Below are positions 12,825 to 28,543 of a DNA stretch of 64,000 nt, piece by piece (the first letter of the stretch is position 1; the number at the start of each line of letters is the position of its first letter). Where the stretch lies: positions 80,848,001-80,912,000 of the forward strand of contig OX597817.1 in assembly GCA_951406725.2 (NCBI GenBank). Reading direction: 5' to 3'. Source of the stretch: Octopus vulgaris (lineage: Eukaryota). Below the pieces are notes generated by a model that did not search any database, was not told the origin of the DNA, and saw only the letters and a list, made by a program, of their open reading frames with translations. The translations under genes were made by a program, and so were the position numbers.

Positions 12825-13384
12825 TGTATGTATGTATGATTACTACTGTTTTAAGACGAATTTCTAAAATGATAACATATAATTACTGTTTCTTAATGTT
12901 GCTAGCAGATATAAGCATTAATCACTTCGGTCATTTACATATTTTATAAAAGCTATTGATTTGAATAATCTTCGATAATGGATTAATTAATCTTTGATGA
13001 TCGTTTTTCTTTCCAGTTCAAAATTGAGTATATAAGTTCCATATTTCCAATTACCTAAAATTATTACCTATATAACAGGTGAGTTGGAAGAACGAATGAG
13101 ATGTATGTTGGTCCACCTGCACATCGGTTCTCATAAGTTTAAACTGTTGGTTGCGTATCAAATAACTCAGAATTAGGTCTTAATATTGACGAAACACCTA
13201 AAATATCTATCATTTGTCTACCAAGTTGTGAATGTGTAGCGCGTGTTTGCAGAATCCAATTCGTCTCTAGTCGCAGTAAAACCGATATATATTATTTTCG
13301 TTTGGTAAGCTTCTGTGTTAGGACAAGGAACAGTTTTTTCACACGTCAATTTTATATATAACAAAATATTATTAATAAGAGGCT

Positions 13385-14420
13385 AAAGAGAGGTTCCGGG
13401 TGCAGAAAGAAGATGCAAGCATCAGTAGGGTAATAGCGGATAAGCAGAGAAGCGTTGGTGCGGAAACGAGATACCTTGATGAAATGAGAGAACGCAGTGG
13501 AGTGGAATGTCACGTGGAAGACATCTGGAAGCGTGATCTCCAGTGGATCAATTTCTTGATCCAGAGTGTCTATGATGTCCTCTCCATCTATTTAAATGGA
13601 GTCTAGTGGAGACTCCTGCAAGCCCCTTGTGTTCTAAGACGGGTATCCTCGAGCACATTTTAAGCAGCTGATCCAAGTCATTGGGTGAAAGATGCAATTG
13701 CTGGAGAGATGATCAAGTTCTCAAGACAATCGCTAGGGCAACCAGCAAAGGGGTCAGCGACTGCAAAAATGCTAGCGCTACAGCCAGAATCATAACCTTA
13801 GTCAAGGAGAAAAAGCAGTCAACGAAAAGACTCAAAATCAGTTCCGAGCGATTGCTTTTCACAACACGGGACTGGGATATGAAAGTTGATCTCGAGAAAG
13901 AGCAAAAGTTTCCATCGACATCACTCAAACCTTACTGAGACCAGATATCATTTTGGTTATCAGGGCATCAGAGAAGCTAGTTCTACTGAAATTAACTGTA
14001 CCCTGGAAGGAGAGAATGGAGAAGGCCTAAGGAAAGAATTACATGGAGTTTTTAGAGGACTACTGCAAGAATGAGTGGAGAAGACTACTGAAAGAATGTG
14101 TTAACCAGTGGAGTTTGGCAGCCATGATTCCGCAGGTCATATTCTGAGAAAGGCCTATGAAACTTTGAGCATTACCTGTACTTGCAGAAGTACCATTAAG
14201 AACAGCGTAAAATCTACTGAGAAAGCAGCTAAATGGCTCTGGCTAAAAGGAAGTGATTGGTGGGAATCAGTTGAATGCCGTTTGAACACTGGCCTAATCT
14301 TGATCATCCTAGCTCGGATCATTTGGATGAGGGTGCATGTTGTGAATTTCGAAGCACCCAATGACTCCACGATACAACACTGAAGATATACTCAAGTATC
14401 ACAACAGTAGGTGTTTCTTG
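13385..14420 (+). mobile_element. HERO-like non-LTR retrotransposon 3' part (CCHC knuckle, restriction-like endonuclease), decayed
   Basis: Across frames: WINFLIQSVYDVL..TPASPLCSKTGILEHILSS..WRDDQVLKTIA..RDWDMKVDLEK..RPDII..LLKLTVPW..VEFGS..EKAAKWLWLK, followed by a structured 3' UTR. Confidence 0.8.
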
Positions 14421-15452
14421 AATGCATGTTCGGCCGTCAAAACAATGGGGACTATCAAGTCATCCTGGGTGAAAAATGACTGATGACTTGCACAATGACT
14501 TTCTTTAAAATAAAGACTTGCGCACCGTCGACCTCACGCTTTAGTCCGTGACATCTTCAATCTAGGCACAAGACCAAGATCAGGTCAAAAGTTTGAGGAT
14601 GGAGACGGATGCAGTGAAGGAATAACATTCTCTCTTGTTTTATCTTGCTCTCTGCATGCTACAATGCGTTGCTGCAACTGCATTCCTTTCCGTTGAACAA
14701 TGAAGGCTTCTTCTGCAGAGTTCGCCGGATCCAGTCTTCAACATCCATAGGTAGGCAAGCTATAATTCACTGAGAGTTACATAACTGTTGGTTACCTTAC
14801 TTGGTTTATTCTGCCAGTCGAGGCGATTTAACGGAACGTGACCGCCGTTACATGCAAACAGCTAATTTAAGCTAGAGGGGAGAGATAGGTGTCAGGTGGA
14901 GACCAAAGTGGGCAAACCACCCCTAAGAATGCGATGTGCTAGTCAAATGTGCGACCCCCCTTCGTAACGCTTCTTATAACCTTGTATATTGAGTACACAC
15001 ACACACAGTCAACAGGCAAACGAGATCTTCAAATACATAAGACAATGAATTAATGGATCAGTGTATAAATTAATGTAATTTCATAGCGGTGTAAATTTTG
15101 TTCTACTTCTTTCCAATAGAAAGGAGAATTTCTATTGGACATTCATTAAATTTGTAGAAGAGTTACAAAACGTTGAAATGTATATCATAAGATTTCTACG
15201 ATCCAAGATCATTCATGTTCGCTTAATTAAATACAAGAACGAACAGAGAGTAAACTACACATACAAATCTACGCATATATACACAAAACCAACACACTCA
15301 CAAATATATATGCGTATGTGTGTGTGCGTATGTAGCTATATGTATATGTCTGTATTCAATGTGCATATATACGCTTGATACCTATACTCCCTAGTATATA
15401 CATACATACATACATACATACATATTTGCATATAGTATACTTACATGAATAC

Positions 15453-15505
<53 letters not shown>

Positions 15506-15617
15506 TGATCTGCATTCCTTCCCAAAACGCATGTATAAATGTATATACTTTTACTGCGCACAAATTCTATTCGGTCTTCTCTACCGTCTTACATAGATAA
15601 ATGTAGGTATATGCGTT

Positions 15618-15665
<48 letters not shown>

Positions 15666-16055
15666 TGTGTGCGTGTATGCCTCTCTGTATATATATATTT
15701 ATATATATATATATATATATATATTGATATATGTATATATATTTCGATATATGTGTGCATGTATATGTATACATGTGTGTGGATGCGTGTATGGGGTAGT
15801 GTGTGTCTCTGTCTGTGTCAGTGTGTTTGTGTGTGAATGTACATATATGAATGTGTATACCGCTAAGTATATATTCATCTACGCATGTATACAACACTCG
15901 TGCACACAGACACAGACACACACACACATGTACATATGCAAGTACGTGCGTATGTTTCTGTGTATTTATCTGTTTGTAGATAGATAAATACATACGTGTG
16001 TTTATGTGTGTATATATATATATATATATACATATATATATACATATATATATAC

Positions 16056-16090
<35 letters not shown>

Positions 16091-16646
16091 TGTATGTATG
16101 TATATATGTATATATATTTGTATGTATGTATATGTATGTATGTATGTATGCATTTATGTGTACACAAGAATTCAAAGCTAAACCTTTCGTCGTCGATCTA
16201 TTGACTCGGTCCGTCAGCAACATTGATATCTTATCTTTAACACATCAAATGACCAATTATTGATGTGTTGGTCACGAAGCACTATTTACTTTCTTTGTCT
16301 AATTGATCAGCTTGTATAGAAGAACCTCTTACAACGTCTATTGATCAACAGTCCTTGCAGACACATAGCCATTCGTTGATAAGGCCGACTCACGGTAAAC
16401 TGAAGGAGAGAGAGAGAGAGAAAGAGAGAGAGAGGAAAACAGTGAGAATGTGGAGGTAAGAAATTGAGGGTTAGTAAGAGGCTATGAGAGACACATAAAG
16501 AGAGGGAAGAGAGAAAGGGTAGAGCGGTGGAGAGAAAGGGGAAGCAAACTCTATGTTACCGTGTATTAAGCAAACATACAAGCGTCAAATGAAACACTCG
16601 TATATATTGTGAAAGATACAAAATAGACAAATATACCTTAACGAAA

Positions 16647-16877
<231 letters not shown>

Positions 16878-17144
16878 TGTTTATACATGTGAGAGCGTAT
16901 TCGTATGTGTGTACCTGTGCATACTCATGCGTGTATGAGTGTACATGTCCGCACAGGTTCGTGGGCATCCATAAGATACGTTTACTTGCGATCGTGCACG
17001 TGAAGTTTGTAAGCGATCTAACATACTATCCAGAATGCAACATACAGTGAAGAGTATCCACTTTACATCACGTGTGTGTGTGTATATCTACATATATATA
17101 TGCATATACATATATATAATATACATATATGTATATATATATAC

Positions 17145-17181
<37 letters not shown>

Positions 17182-17358
17182 TACATATATTATGTGCGCA
17201 TGTATTTATATATGCATATGTATATATGCATATATAAATATACACATATGTAATGCATCCATACAATACATATCAATACAGACTGTGTATTTGTGTATAT
17301 ATACGTTATTTATACATATGCATATATTTGGGTCTGTATACACACACACATGTATATA

Positions 17359-17394
<36 letters not shown>

Positions 17395-17420
17395 TGTATG
17401 TATGTATGTACGTATGCATG

Positions 17421-17455
<35 letters not shown>

Positions 17456-18074
17456 ACATATGCACATACTTCCTTGGAGACAGAAAATTTGGTGTAAGTA
17501 ACAATTCTCTTATTGAGTTTTTCGTAAAAACATAGGTATTTGCTGTATCTGTTGGTACATGCGTGAATATTTACGTAACCCAGATACTTCACAAATCTGC
17601 TTTCCGTTGCCTGCGTATATACGTATGTATACAAGTGCATGTGTTCATGTCGATATCCGCAGATGCTTGTTTTGTGCTCACAGAAAATATAGTACAACCT
17701 GTTGATTTCCTTTTGTTGTTTATCACTGTGCATTGTGTGTGTAGGTTTGTTTGTAAGCGTGTGTATGCTAGTGTATGTACGTGTGTGAGAGAGAGTGAGT
17801 GTTTATATGCGTGTGTATGACTGTGGTTGTGTATTTGAAAAAATACAGTTTTTGGATATATAGACAAAAGTGGTGTCCATGCATATAAAAGAAAGCTTCA
17901 CATCATGCTTTTGTGGTATATAGTTTGTATGGGACTAGTCAGAAAATGTGTGTGTGCGTGTGTGGGTGTGTGTATGTTTGTGTGTTTGTGTGTGTTTGTT
18001 TGTCTTTGTGTGTATGTGTGTGTGTGCGTGTGTTTGTCTTTGTTTTTGTATGTGCGTGTGGGATTATCTACATA

Positions 18075-18606
18075 CCGTAAATCCTCGAGTATAATCCGCA
18101 TTTTTCCCCCAAAATTTAAAGGTCAAAATCCCTAGAGCGTACTATATGCGAGGTTAAAAATGAAAAGTATTTTCTAAGCAATGTCCGAGTCTCTATTTGT
18201 TGTCCGGCAATGTTTATTCAGACGCATTTTGCGAATTCGGGCGCGAAAATACCTTCAGCAATACCTGAAATACCTGAAAGCAATGGAGTCATAAAAGAAT
18301 CATCCATAACTTGCAGTAAGCAACATTTATTAAAATAAAAGTATTCAGAACACAGAATAACATGCAACAAAAACAATTTGCAAACATATTTACATTCCCA
18401 TATAACAGTTAAGAACATCACCATTATCGTATTACGCATGCGTAGAAGTGTTTGTTCGACTAGGTGCTGCTGGCTTAATTACGCACAACTCAAGTTAGAG
18501 AAGGGGTACGTATTATACACAAGGTTTAGCTTTTGCAGAGGTACAGCCCCCTAAAAATCCCCCTGCATATTATACTCAAGGACGGGCTATACTCGAGGAT
18601 TTACGG
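18075..18606. mobile_element. Tc2/pogo-like non-autonomous DNA transposon (MITE)
   Basis: Perfect TIRs TA|CCGTAAATCCTCGAGTATA and TATACTCGAGGATTTACGG|TA, with a TA TSD. Confidence 0.9.
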
Positions 18607-18706
18607 TACGTATGTGTATGTGTAGGCTCTAATATATTGCATAGAGGAAATATACGCTTTCCGCAACTACCAATTGATGTGATCATCCACTGTGATGTCC
18701 CCAAAG

Positions 18707-18769
<63 letters not shown>

Positions 18770-19279
18770 TTTGGATTTATCTCTGATCTTAGATGGAAAA
18801 GAAGTCGATCTTTCTTCTCACGTCCACGTATTTATAAATAGAAGCCTCCCCATGTGCCATTTCGTCTTAGAAATTCTTTGGGAAGAGACACGGGATGAAA
18901 AGGGAGCCTTTATAGCGTCATAGAGTTAACCTCATTACTTTGAAGTGTCTCTGCTTTTTTTCGTTACGTTTTGATGTGAAAGTCATTCACTTATCCGCTT
19001 TAGTATACTTGAAATGTTTTCAAATTTTTTCTTCATATTCAACAAGCCATTCAGCGATTCTTCCACACCTGCTAAGCGTTCCACTTTCTACAGTTTAGGA
19101 ATCTAAACTAGAATCTAAGCCTAAAAGGAATCTTCTGAGATATACTTAGCCGATTTAAAGATCTCTTCGATAGTGGAATCACTGAGAATTTCATTAGATA
19201 AATGAAGTGTTATAAAGTCCTTCTGGTTAAACATTATAAGGCTGTGATGTTTGTTATGTGAGTGATAGTTTATGTGGGA

Positions 19280-21100
19280 AGAAAAATAAGAGAAAGTAAT
19301 TCATTAAAGAAGACAAAACATAACTAAAATATGAAATGAAAAATAAATAACCACATGAATTAATAAAGAAAATTTAAGCTGCAACAAACTAACAAAATAA
19401 TAAAATTTACAGAGAATAGGATCATAAAGAAATAGAATGAAATTTACTCCAAGTAGAGGCGAAAATGCTAAAGATAAGATACTTTATGATAAATCAAAAA
19501 CAATTTCAATAAAATAATATTTTTGGAAAGGATAAAAACTGATTCTACTGAGACTTATTTCAAATAAAGAAAAACATTAGAAAAAAACAATAATAATAAT
19601 AATAAAACATCAAATGAAGAAATGTTAGAATTCTATCGAATAGTTTTGTAATCAAAGAAACGTTTTGAAGAAATGTATAAATTAAAAGAGTTTAAAAAGA
19701 AAATCGCTGTATTATTCCAAGTTTTAGAAGTAAGAATATAAAAAAAAGTTGAAATATAATTAGAAAGGACCCAGGTGGAAATGATCAAACACTTCTGGAT
19801 TAAGTATTTACTTGCATTATATGCCAACGAAACTTGGTGTTTCAATTAAATAATAAACAGGCTCTCAGAAACACCTGGGTAGCAAACACAAGGTATCTTC
19901 GTAGCAAAACCTGTCGACATATTTTCAACCAATAGCGTTTCTCTTAAATAACTGTTAGAGACCTCAACGCTAATAATCAATATAATTCTTATCTAGAGTT
20001 TTGTTTTCAAACAAAACATATTCTGCTGAAGGAACAAATGACAGCAAAGCCGTACCAGCTACTTAGAAATGTTTATATATCACTTTGTGATATATAATAA
20101 TACAGTTAAAATATGATAGCTTATATTATTCATTTAAAAATAATAAAATAATATCACTACTAAGCACAGAATGATCTTTCAAATGGATAATACTCCTAAA
20201 AACTATATATTCAGAGGGACAGTGATATTAAACAGTTGTAGACTTCATTGGAGGGACATCAAGCACAAATTATTGTGTTTGATATCTACATCATAGAAAC
20301 GAGGCACGCTTAGTTGTGTACGAAAAGAATTATGTATGAGAAACATAACACATCCCGCACGCTTATGCCAATAAAAGCAAACTCCGAGCCACGAAACCAG
20401 TGAATCTGCGTCTCATAAACAACGTATACTTACATATACATTCGTCTCACATTTTCGTACAAACGAAAACGTTGAAAATTTTCACATACACACAGAAGCT
20501 TGAGAACACATAGGTGATACGACTGACACAAAAATCTAGTGCGAAAGATCAAATATTGAAGTTAGATAAATCAAACATGTACTAGAGAGCACAATAAGCA
20601 GCAAATAAGGCATAAAACCAATGTATTTATCAACTCGCTAAACGGCTAAATAAACCGGATTTTGTCAAAGAGCAAAGTTATCGATGACTGAATGATTCGG
20701 GGCAATAAGTGAGAAACAGAAAACCACATAATTGTAACTAACAATAAATGCTGTTCAATAAGATAGTACGAAACGTATATATAAAGACAACCAATTGATC
20801 TTTAATATCACTTGAGTGATCGTTATGAAAAGACTATAGTTGGTATTTCAACTGGAATATATGTAGTTCAGTTTACGTAGCTAAGTATTGAATGTCTCAG
20901 GAGAGCAGCTGATATTTGGCTCTATAACATCCAGAGATATTGACATTAACTATTTGAAACACATCATGAAAACAATACATGCTCCGCTGCAGACGAAACG
21001 GCATGAAAAGCAGACCAAAACGTACAGTGACTGCATCTACTAATGTTACATAAATTAGAAGCCATGGAGTAATTATCTCAAATAGAAAGGCATACACACT
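19280..21100 (+). mobile_element. Highly decayed R4/Dong-like LINE remnant
   Basis: A-rich strand bias. Traces of PG..D...HFWIKYLLAL (~19770-19820), ETP.W..QG (~19865) and an IFQGDS-like motif (~20207). Confidence 0.3.
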
Positions 21101-22249
21101 GGGCTGAAAATAATATTTCCTAATGAGAACTGATAATATATATAATTAAACTATGACGTTTACCTTGACTCATGCGTCGATACATCTGCCAATGAAATAA
21201 GAAATTATCACCGTCTTAAAAAGAAATTAATACATTAAATTATATACTCCTGCGTACCCACTAAAAGTTCGGGATGCTTAGATCATAGTGGTGACCTGAT
21301 GCTAACAACGACTACGACAGCAGAAACAACAAAATCACAAAGAGAATTTGTAAGACCTTCGAATTTGAATAAAATTTGAGAATTATATAGTTTCCAACAC
21401 ACACAAAAAGATATTAATATACATATACTACGAAATCGAAATCCAAAACAAAAAAGATGATAATATGACTTAATAAGAAATATGCCGGTTTATAAAGACG
21501 GGAAATAAAGGCTACTATACATTACAGGGTGATGTATATATCCCCCGAAACAATCTGGAAAGACTATGTCTGCAATAAGTACATCAATGAGAAATAATGT
21601 CTTTAAATGAAATGCAGAATAAATGAAGTGTGGAAAAATATATAAACAATATTAAAAGTATAACACTACTAGGCACTGAGTAAAGGCCAACGAGAGATTC
21701 TTTAGAGATTGCCTGATCGGCTAAAGATCGCAGCCAAATTACCCTTAGCTTCTTGAGAAATTACCCTTAGCTTCTTCTTGAGAAGAATCCAGAAAGCTAT
21801 ATTAAATAATGTATATATTGTCTGAATGACTGATGAGAAAGTTACAGTTGGAACATCTTTTGATCATAGATTTGCTCAACCAGAGTTGATCTGTGGCTAA
21901 GAAAAAATATCGATCTCGTATATTACTGAATATAATTGAATGCAATTGTGCTGATCAATACCTTGTATATATTAAAGACATGCATACTCACAACTGTTCT
22001 CTGTTTGGTAGGAATATCTAAGATGGGGTTAATTGGAAAAAGGTGAGAAATTTGTAAATTTGTACTAGTAAAGCCAATTGAACATACAACTGCAACTGGT
22101 AATTTTCGTTGAGTAAAAACACAACTGCTACTGGTAACTTTCGCTGAGTAAAACAGTATTGAACCCAAATTAGATAGAGAGAAAATAGAAATATATCTAT
22201 GGGGTGATTGATTGGTAGCATCGATTAAATGTCGAATAATAATGCCTTC

Positions 22250-22400
22250 CGTTATTTACCCTGGTTCTTGACGTTCTGAGTTCGAATTTCACTGAGGTCA
22301 AATTTGCTATCCACCCTCCAGGATCGATAAAATAAGGTACCTATCTAGTACCGGGGTCGATGTAACAGCTTCCTCAGAACTGCTTGCTTTGTTATCAGAA
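22250..22400 (+). mobile_element. SINE family B fragment
   Basis: ACGTTCTGAGTTCGAATTTC..GAGGTC..GATAAAATAAG..GGGGTCGATGTAA. Confidence 0.65.
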
Positions 22401-22877
22401 GTGTTATCGTCAGTTCTGGGAACAAGTTTTCAAAAATATCAAATTACTATGATCCTTGCAGAATACAGGGTGGCATATTACAGGACATTGTAAATACTTG
22501 CTTCTTAGCTAGCAGCTTGGTCGTTGCGTGGAGATCATTTACCATAGAGACATACCGAGACCAAATGACTGTAATCTTGACAGCACTGATTTTTCTAAGT
22601 ATACATGATTATGAACACATGAAATATATATGTTAGTATACATGTATACACATACTAAGATATATCTATTTTTTATGTGTATGTGTGTATACAAATCTAG
22701 AGACAGAGAGAGTGAATACTAGAAAAAAACATCATTAAGAATAACAAAATAATTTATTGTATGTATGTGTGTGCGTGAGTGTGTTGATAGATAGATAGAC
22801 AGACAGACAGAAGATATGTAGATAGATAAAGATATATAGACAATTTTTACACGAATAAATATAACGAATATTCATTT

Positions 22878-23225
22878 ATTCTTTTACGTGATTCAGTCAT
22901 TTAACTGCGGCCATGCAGGAGCACTGCCTTCTAGTCGGAGAAATCGACCCCAGGACTAATTCTTTCTAAGCCTGGTACTTATTCTATCGTTTTCTTTTGT
23001 CGAACCGCTAAGATGCAGGGACGTAAACACACCAACATCGGTTGTCAAGCGATGGAGAGGCACAGTCACAGACAGAAAGATATACACACACATAAACACA
23101 TGCACACACACACACACACACAGATTATAGTAGAAGACACTTGCCCAAGGTGCCACGCAGTGGGACTGAACCTGGAACCATGTGGTTGGGAAGCAAGCTT
23201 CTCACCACACAGCCATGCCTGCACC
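22878..23225 (-). mobile_element. SINE family A
   Basis: Tail, (CA)n and an intact tRNA-like head (GTGGGACTGAACCTGGAACCATGTGGTTGG..CACACAGCCATGCCTGC). Confidence 0.85.
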
Positions 23226-23289
23226 TATATATATAAACGATAAGATAAAGAGATGTCAGGAAAAACAATGGTTATGTAGGTATATATAT

Positions 23290-23376
<87 letters not shown>

Positions 23377-23713
23377 TGTGTTTGTGCTTCTATGTGTGTA
23401 TGTGTGTGTATACAGTTTTGTGTGTGTGTGTGTCTATATAAGGGAATCAATACCTTCATATTTCTAAGCGTACTCGTAGACACTCATACATATACATTGA
23501 ATGGGTGTTTCCTGATGTGTGAATGTACGCATGTGATTTTTTTCTACTGGAAATTTATAGATTAAATCATTTTTCATTTTTTTTTTTTTAAATTCTATTC
23601 TCTGCTCACAATCTCCCCTTCCTATCCACTGGTTAACATTCCATATCCTTTTCTCTTCTTTATTAGTATTGTTCTTCATCCCCATTCTTTCATTTTTTCT
23701 TCATCATCATCAT

Positions 23714-23735
23714 CTTATTATTATCATTATTATTG

Positions 23736-23817
<82 letters not shown>

Positions 23818-23842
23818 CATCGTTATTATTATTATTATTATT
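23714..23842. repeat. (ATT)n microsatellite
   Basis: Direct reading. Confidence 0.95.
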
Positions 23843-24311
23843 AAATGTTTTTTTCCTCTTCCTCTGTTTTCTGATACATCTTTGCTTTTCCTTCCTTATT
23901 GCTGCCAACTGAGACAAGGAGGTCATAAATTTTAATTCTAAAATATGAAGAGAGCCTAACGCGTTTATACATTAGCGCTGTATTTTGATCTGGCCATTAT
24001 TCCTCCCGAGTTCCTCTAATTTAGCACTTTTAAAACGTGCATTTTAATATGGCTACCACGCCAGAAACCAGCATTCGGCCATATTAGAAAAAATGCCCTG
24101 TTTACGTGGAACGTTATTCTAATTGATAATCAATACACTAATATTATATTTTATATATTTTTACTCTTGTAAAAATGTTTCATTTATTTTATTGTTATAT
24201 TATTTCTGCTTTAGAAATGGTAGACAAAATCTCAGACAATGTTACAAATATCTTTGCTAAATTGGTATTTTGCATACTACAATGAAATCCATCATTGTAG
24301 GTAGTTACATA

Positions 24312-24353
<42 letters not shown>

Positions 24354-24495
24354 GCGCGCGTGTGTGTGTGTAGACACAGAAAGATAGATAGATTTTGCAG
24401 CAAAATACATACATAAGTACGTACATAAATACAGATACACTTATGAATCCATATTTAGGCATATATGTACATATTTATATATACGTGTATCTATA

Positions 24496-24559
<64 letters not shown>

Positions 24560-25206
24560 AATTTATGTATATTTTCGAAGAAATGCTCATAAATATATAT
24601 ATTATTACGTGTTCGTCTGGGCACACATACACACTCCCTACTCTCTCTCTCCCACTCTCTCCCTTCCATACTATCCCCCTCTCTCTCTCTTTCTCCCTCT
24701 CTCTCTCTCTCTCTTACAAACACGCGCATATATAAACACACACACACAATATATACCACAATATATTACACTCATACATACACATACCGGCACACCTAAA
24801 CTCTATTCTCTTCTTTCTCTGAACTGAAGAATTTTTTTCTTTCATTTGTTTTACATTTTTTTTCTTATTCCATCATTTTTTTATCTAATTTCTTTGTGAG
24901 TGAAATATGAGTTAATTATTGTATCAAAAAGTTATCAATCTGTTTGACAGCCGATTTATATTTGAAAAAAAGTGTCTAATTAAAACTAAAAGCAGTTTGT
25001 CTTATGTGCGATAACTAATCCAGATTTTTCCTTCAAATCTAACTTGGGAATGACAACTTTAATTTTCTTATGACTAAATCCATACGACTTAAACACTAGT
25101 TAAACACATCGTGTCGTCTGCTTTTAAACTTTACGTTAAAGACTACAAGTCTACTAGTTTCTCACACATACACACATAGGTATATGCACGTCTATATATA
25201 TATAAA

Positions 25207-25254
<48 letters not shown>

Positions 25255-25866
25255 TGTATATATATATATATATGTGTATATATATACATATTTATATATA
25301 TATATATATATACACATACATATATATAAATGTATCAATGTACACACACACTCACACACTCACACATACACATACACACATGAATGTATATATTTTTGAG
25401 CATATATATGCATGCACATATTCATACATACATAAATTCATAATTCATATTTACATGTATGTAAGTATGCGTGCGATCGTTAGAAACAGCTTAGATTTCT
25501 GATAGTTCATATATATTAGTCATATCTTCGATGTTCTTTCGATAGGGTTATATGCGTGTGTATTTAAATGCGCATCGACGTACAACTGAGTGCTTATGTG
25601 AAACAGGGTGTATATGTAGTTACATAAATATATACTTCTACATATGTTCTGTTAAATCTAGTATATGCGAGCATATGTGTGCGTGCGTATGCATGTAAAT
25701 GCGTGTGAATGTGTGTGTGTGTGCGTGTGTATGCGAGTGTGTGTGTATAAGTAATATATATGTATTTTCATAAATGCACATACACCTACATACAGCCCTT
25801 GATATATATACGATGATATATATGTACATTTATATATTTCCATATTTATATACTCATATGTAGATA

Positions 25867-25949
<83 letters not shown>

Positions 25950-25997
25950 GTATATATTTATATATGTATGTATGTGTATATATATATATATACATAT

Positions 25998-26030
<33 letters not shown>

Positions 26031-28507
26031 TATATATACATACATACATATATATATATATATATGAAGTTTGTAGTCCGAATTTGTAGGAATAAACTTT
26101 AGATTTTTCGAATTAACTGCAGCGATTGGATTTGAAACAAATATATGTTTGAGAAAATTCTTGACCGGGGTTCGTCTTCGGTCGGCGTGCTTACGCTTTT
26201 CCTCCAAATTTCTATATGTCTTTCGGAATTGTGATTGTTGCCTTTGCCCGTGTGTGGAAGCATGGAAAAGACAACGTACAAAATTTACATAGGTAGTGAT
26301 TTAAGTCACAATGAAATGTAATTTTCCACTTATTATAACCTACCTTCTTTAGTTTAAATTGTAAAGTTAGATTTTAATTCATGCTTCATGAACAGAAAGC
26401 TGCGTATTGTTGGGTGTTTTGTTTGTATAGTAATATTTTGTTTCTAGAATATGTGATAGTCATAAAGTTAAGATTTAGCAGAATTTAGCTTCTATCTTAG
26501 TTATTAGTGTCAGTATTTTTCCTTTCTGAAAAAAGCTTTTTACACGAAACGTTATATTTTACTCTCCTTTTCAACTTAACCATTGAAATATATTTTTATT
26601 TCCGAACTAATACAAGGATACATTTCATTGACTCCCTAAATCAGAAGAATGCTCATGTGGCATATTCTGCAACACATTTCCCTGCTTGCCAAGAAATGCA
26701 ACGTTTGGATGGCATGGGGTTGTTATTAATACTTATGCCAAAAATTATGGTGATTTCAGAACCCTAGAGCAGTGGAATAAAACTATTTAGCTTACACTTG
26801 AGATCTACTCCAACCACAATCAATTTTGCCTTCTATCTTTCCATGTTCGATAAAATGAAAGTCAGTCAAATTTTCATATCGACTTAATCCAGAACGCGTC
26901 GCTTTATGACCAAACCATAAACCATTATAATTGTCAAGATATGGCTCATAGAAAAATACAACGTGATTTAACGTCCATAGTAGCCTCTCCTGGACTTGTG
27001 ATAGATACATCACGTCTCGTCTAGATGGTGAGGTGTGAGGTAGTTACTATCTAGTGTTTCATTGCTATCTAATAACAGGAGTAGGTACAAAATATTTTAA
27101 CAACAGGAGGGATAAGGAAGCCTCTGAACCTTCAGGGTGTACCAGGCTATTGATATTCATATCACCCATATTATCAGCACTTGTTTAAAAATGTTCGTAA
27201 AAATCTATCTGCAGTGCTATTCGCGGGGAGGAGTGACAAGATGGTCGTACCAATGCCATGCCACAACGAAAAAATAAAAAAATCGTTAAAAATTTTTTAA
27301 AAACTAATGGGACATTTCAGTAAAAACAGAACTTGTTGTAATAGGTCGGATTACACTCACTAGGTCGTATAGCACTCAATGGGTCTAGGAACAAACACCA
27401 AGCTATTATATATAATCGGTTGAACAACGAATGCGCATATCTCATCAAGAAGGAGAACATCTATTGAGAACTCATGAGAAACTTACGGCTCTTACATATG
27501 ACTATATATTTTCATTTGTTCTTATTATCATAGTTATACTGGGCTATGTAGTTATAGATTTTTATAAAAGACTATAAATGTTGATTCGTATTTTCCTTAT
27601 ACAAGCAGTTAATGCTATAATGCGTTCCAGGTTCTGCTCGCATCATATTGGCACACTAACACATGTACACATGGAATCAACACACAGAGACAAACACAAT
27701 AATGAAACACACACACACACACACATGTGCACTAAACTGACTTGTACATAAATGCAAGTTTATCCCCCACAGGCACCATTATGTATGTGTGTATATGTCT
27801 GTTTGTGTTTGTGCTGTCTTGATTTCAACAAAAAGAGTTTCGTTATTTTGTTGGTGACCAGCTTGTGTTTCACAACAGGAAAATAAACTTACGTCTCTTA
27901 CAGATAAATATATACACATAAATGAAGAGACCAATAGTTTAGTGAGTTTCAAATGTCTGTGAAACCAATGGTATAGAATCGAAATCACATGTCTTGTTTG
28001 TCCAGGTAATTAGTAATATAATTAAATATGTGTGTGCTTGTCCGTGTAGTCATACATATACATATATATATATAGATAGATACATACATATATATAAATA
28101 TAAATATATTTATATATATATATATACACATATATATTAATATATATACATATATATGTGCATGTATTGTACAAATACCTATATAAAGACGGTGCCCCAG
28201 CATGGCCGCTGCTCACTAGCTGGAACTAATAGAAGAGATAAAATATATAAATGCGCATACCTATATATGCATAAATATATATATGCATATGTATATATAT
28301 ATGTATATATACATATATATATATACATATACATATATATACATGCATGTATATATATGTATATGTGTATATGTATATGTGTATATATGCATGTGTACAT
28401 GTATATTATTATACACACATGCATATATACATACACACACTCACACACATTCACACACATATGTGTGAATATATATATATATGTGTGTGTATGCGTGTGT
28501 GTGTGTG

Positions 28508-28543
<36 letters not shown>

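Noticed and set aside
21738-22157. Short tandem duplications (~22 bp at 21738, ~35 bp at 22087)
   Set aside because: These are ordinary two-copy slippage duplications with no further structure.
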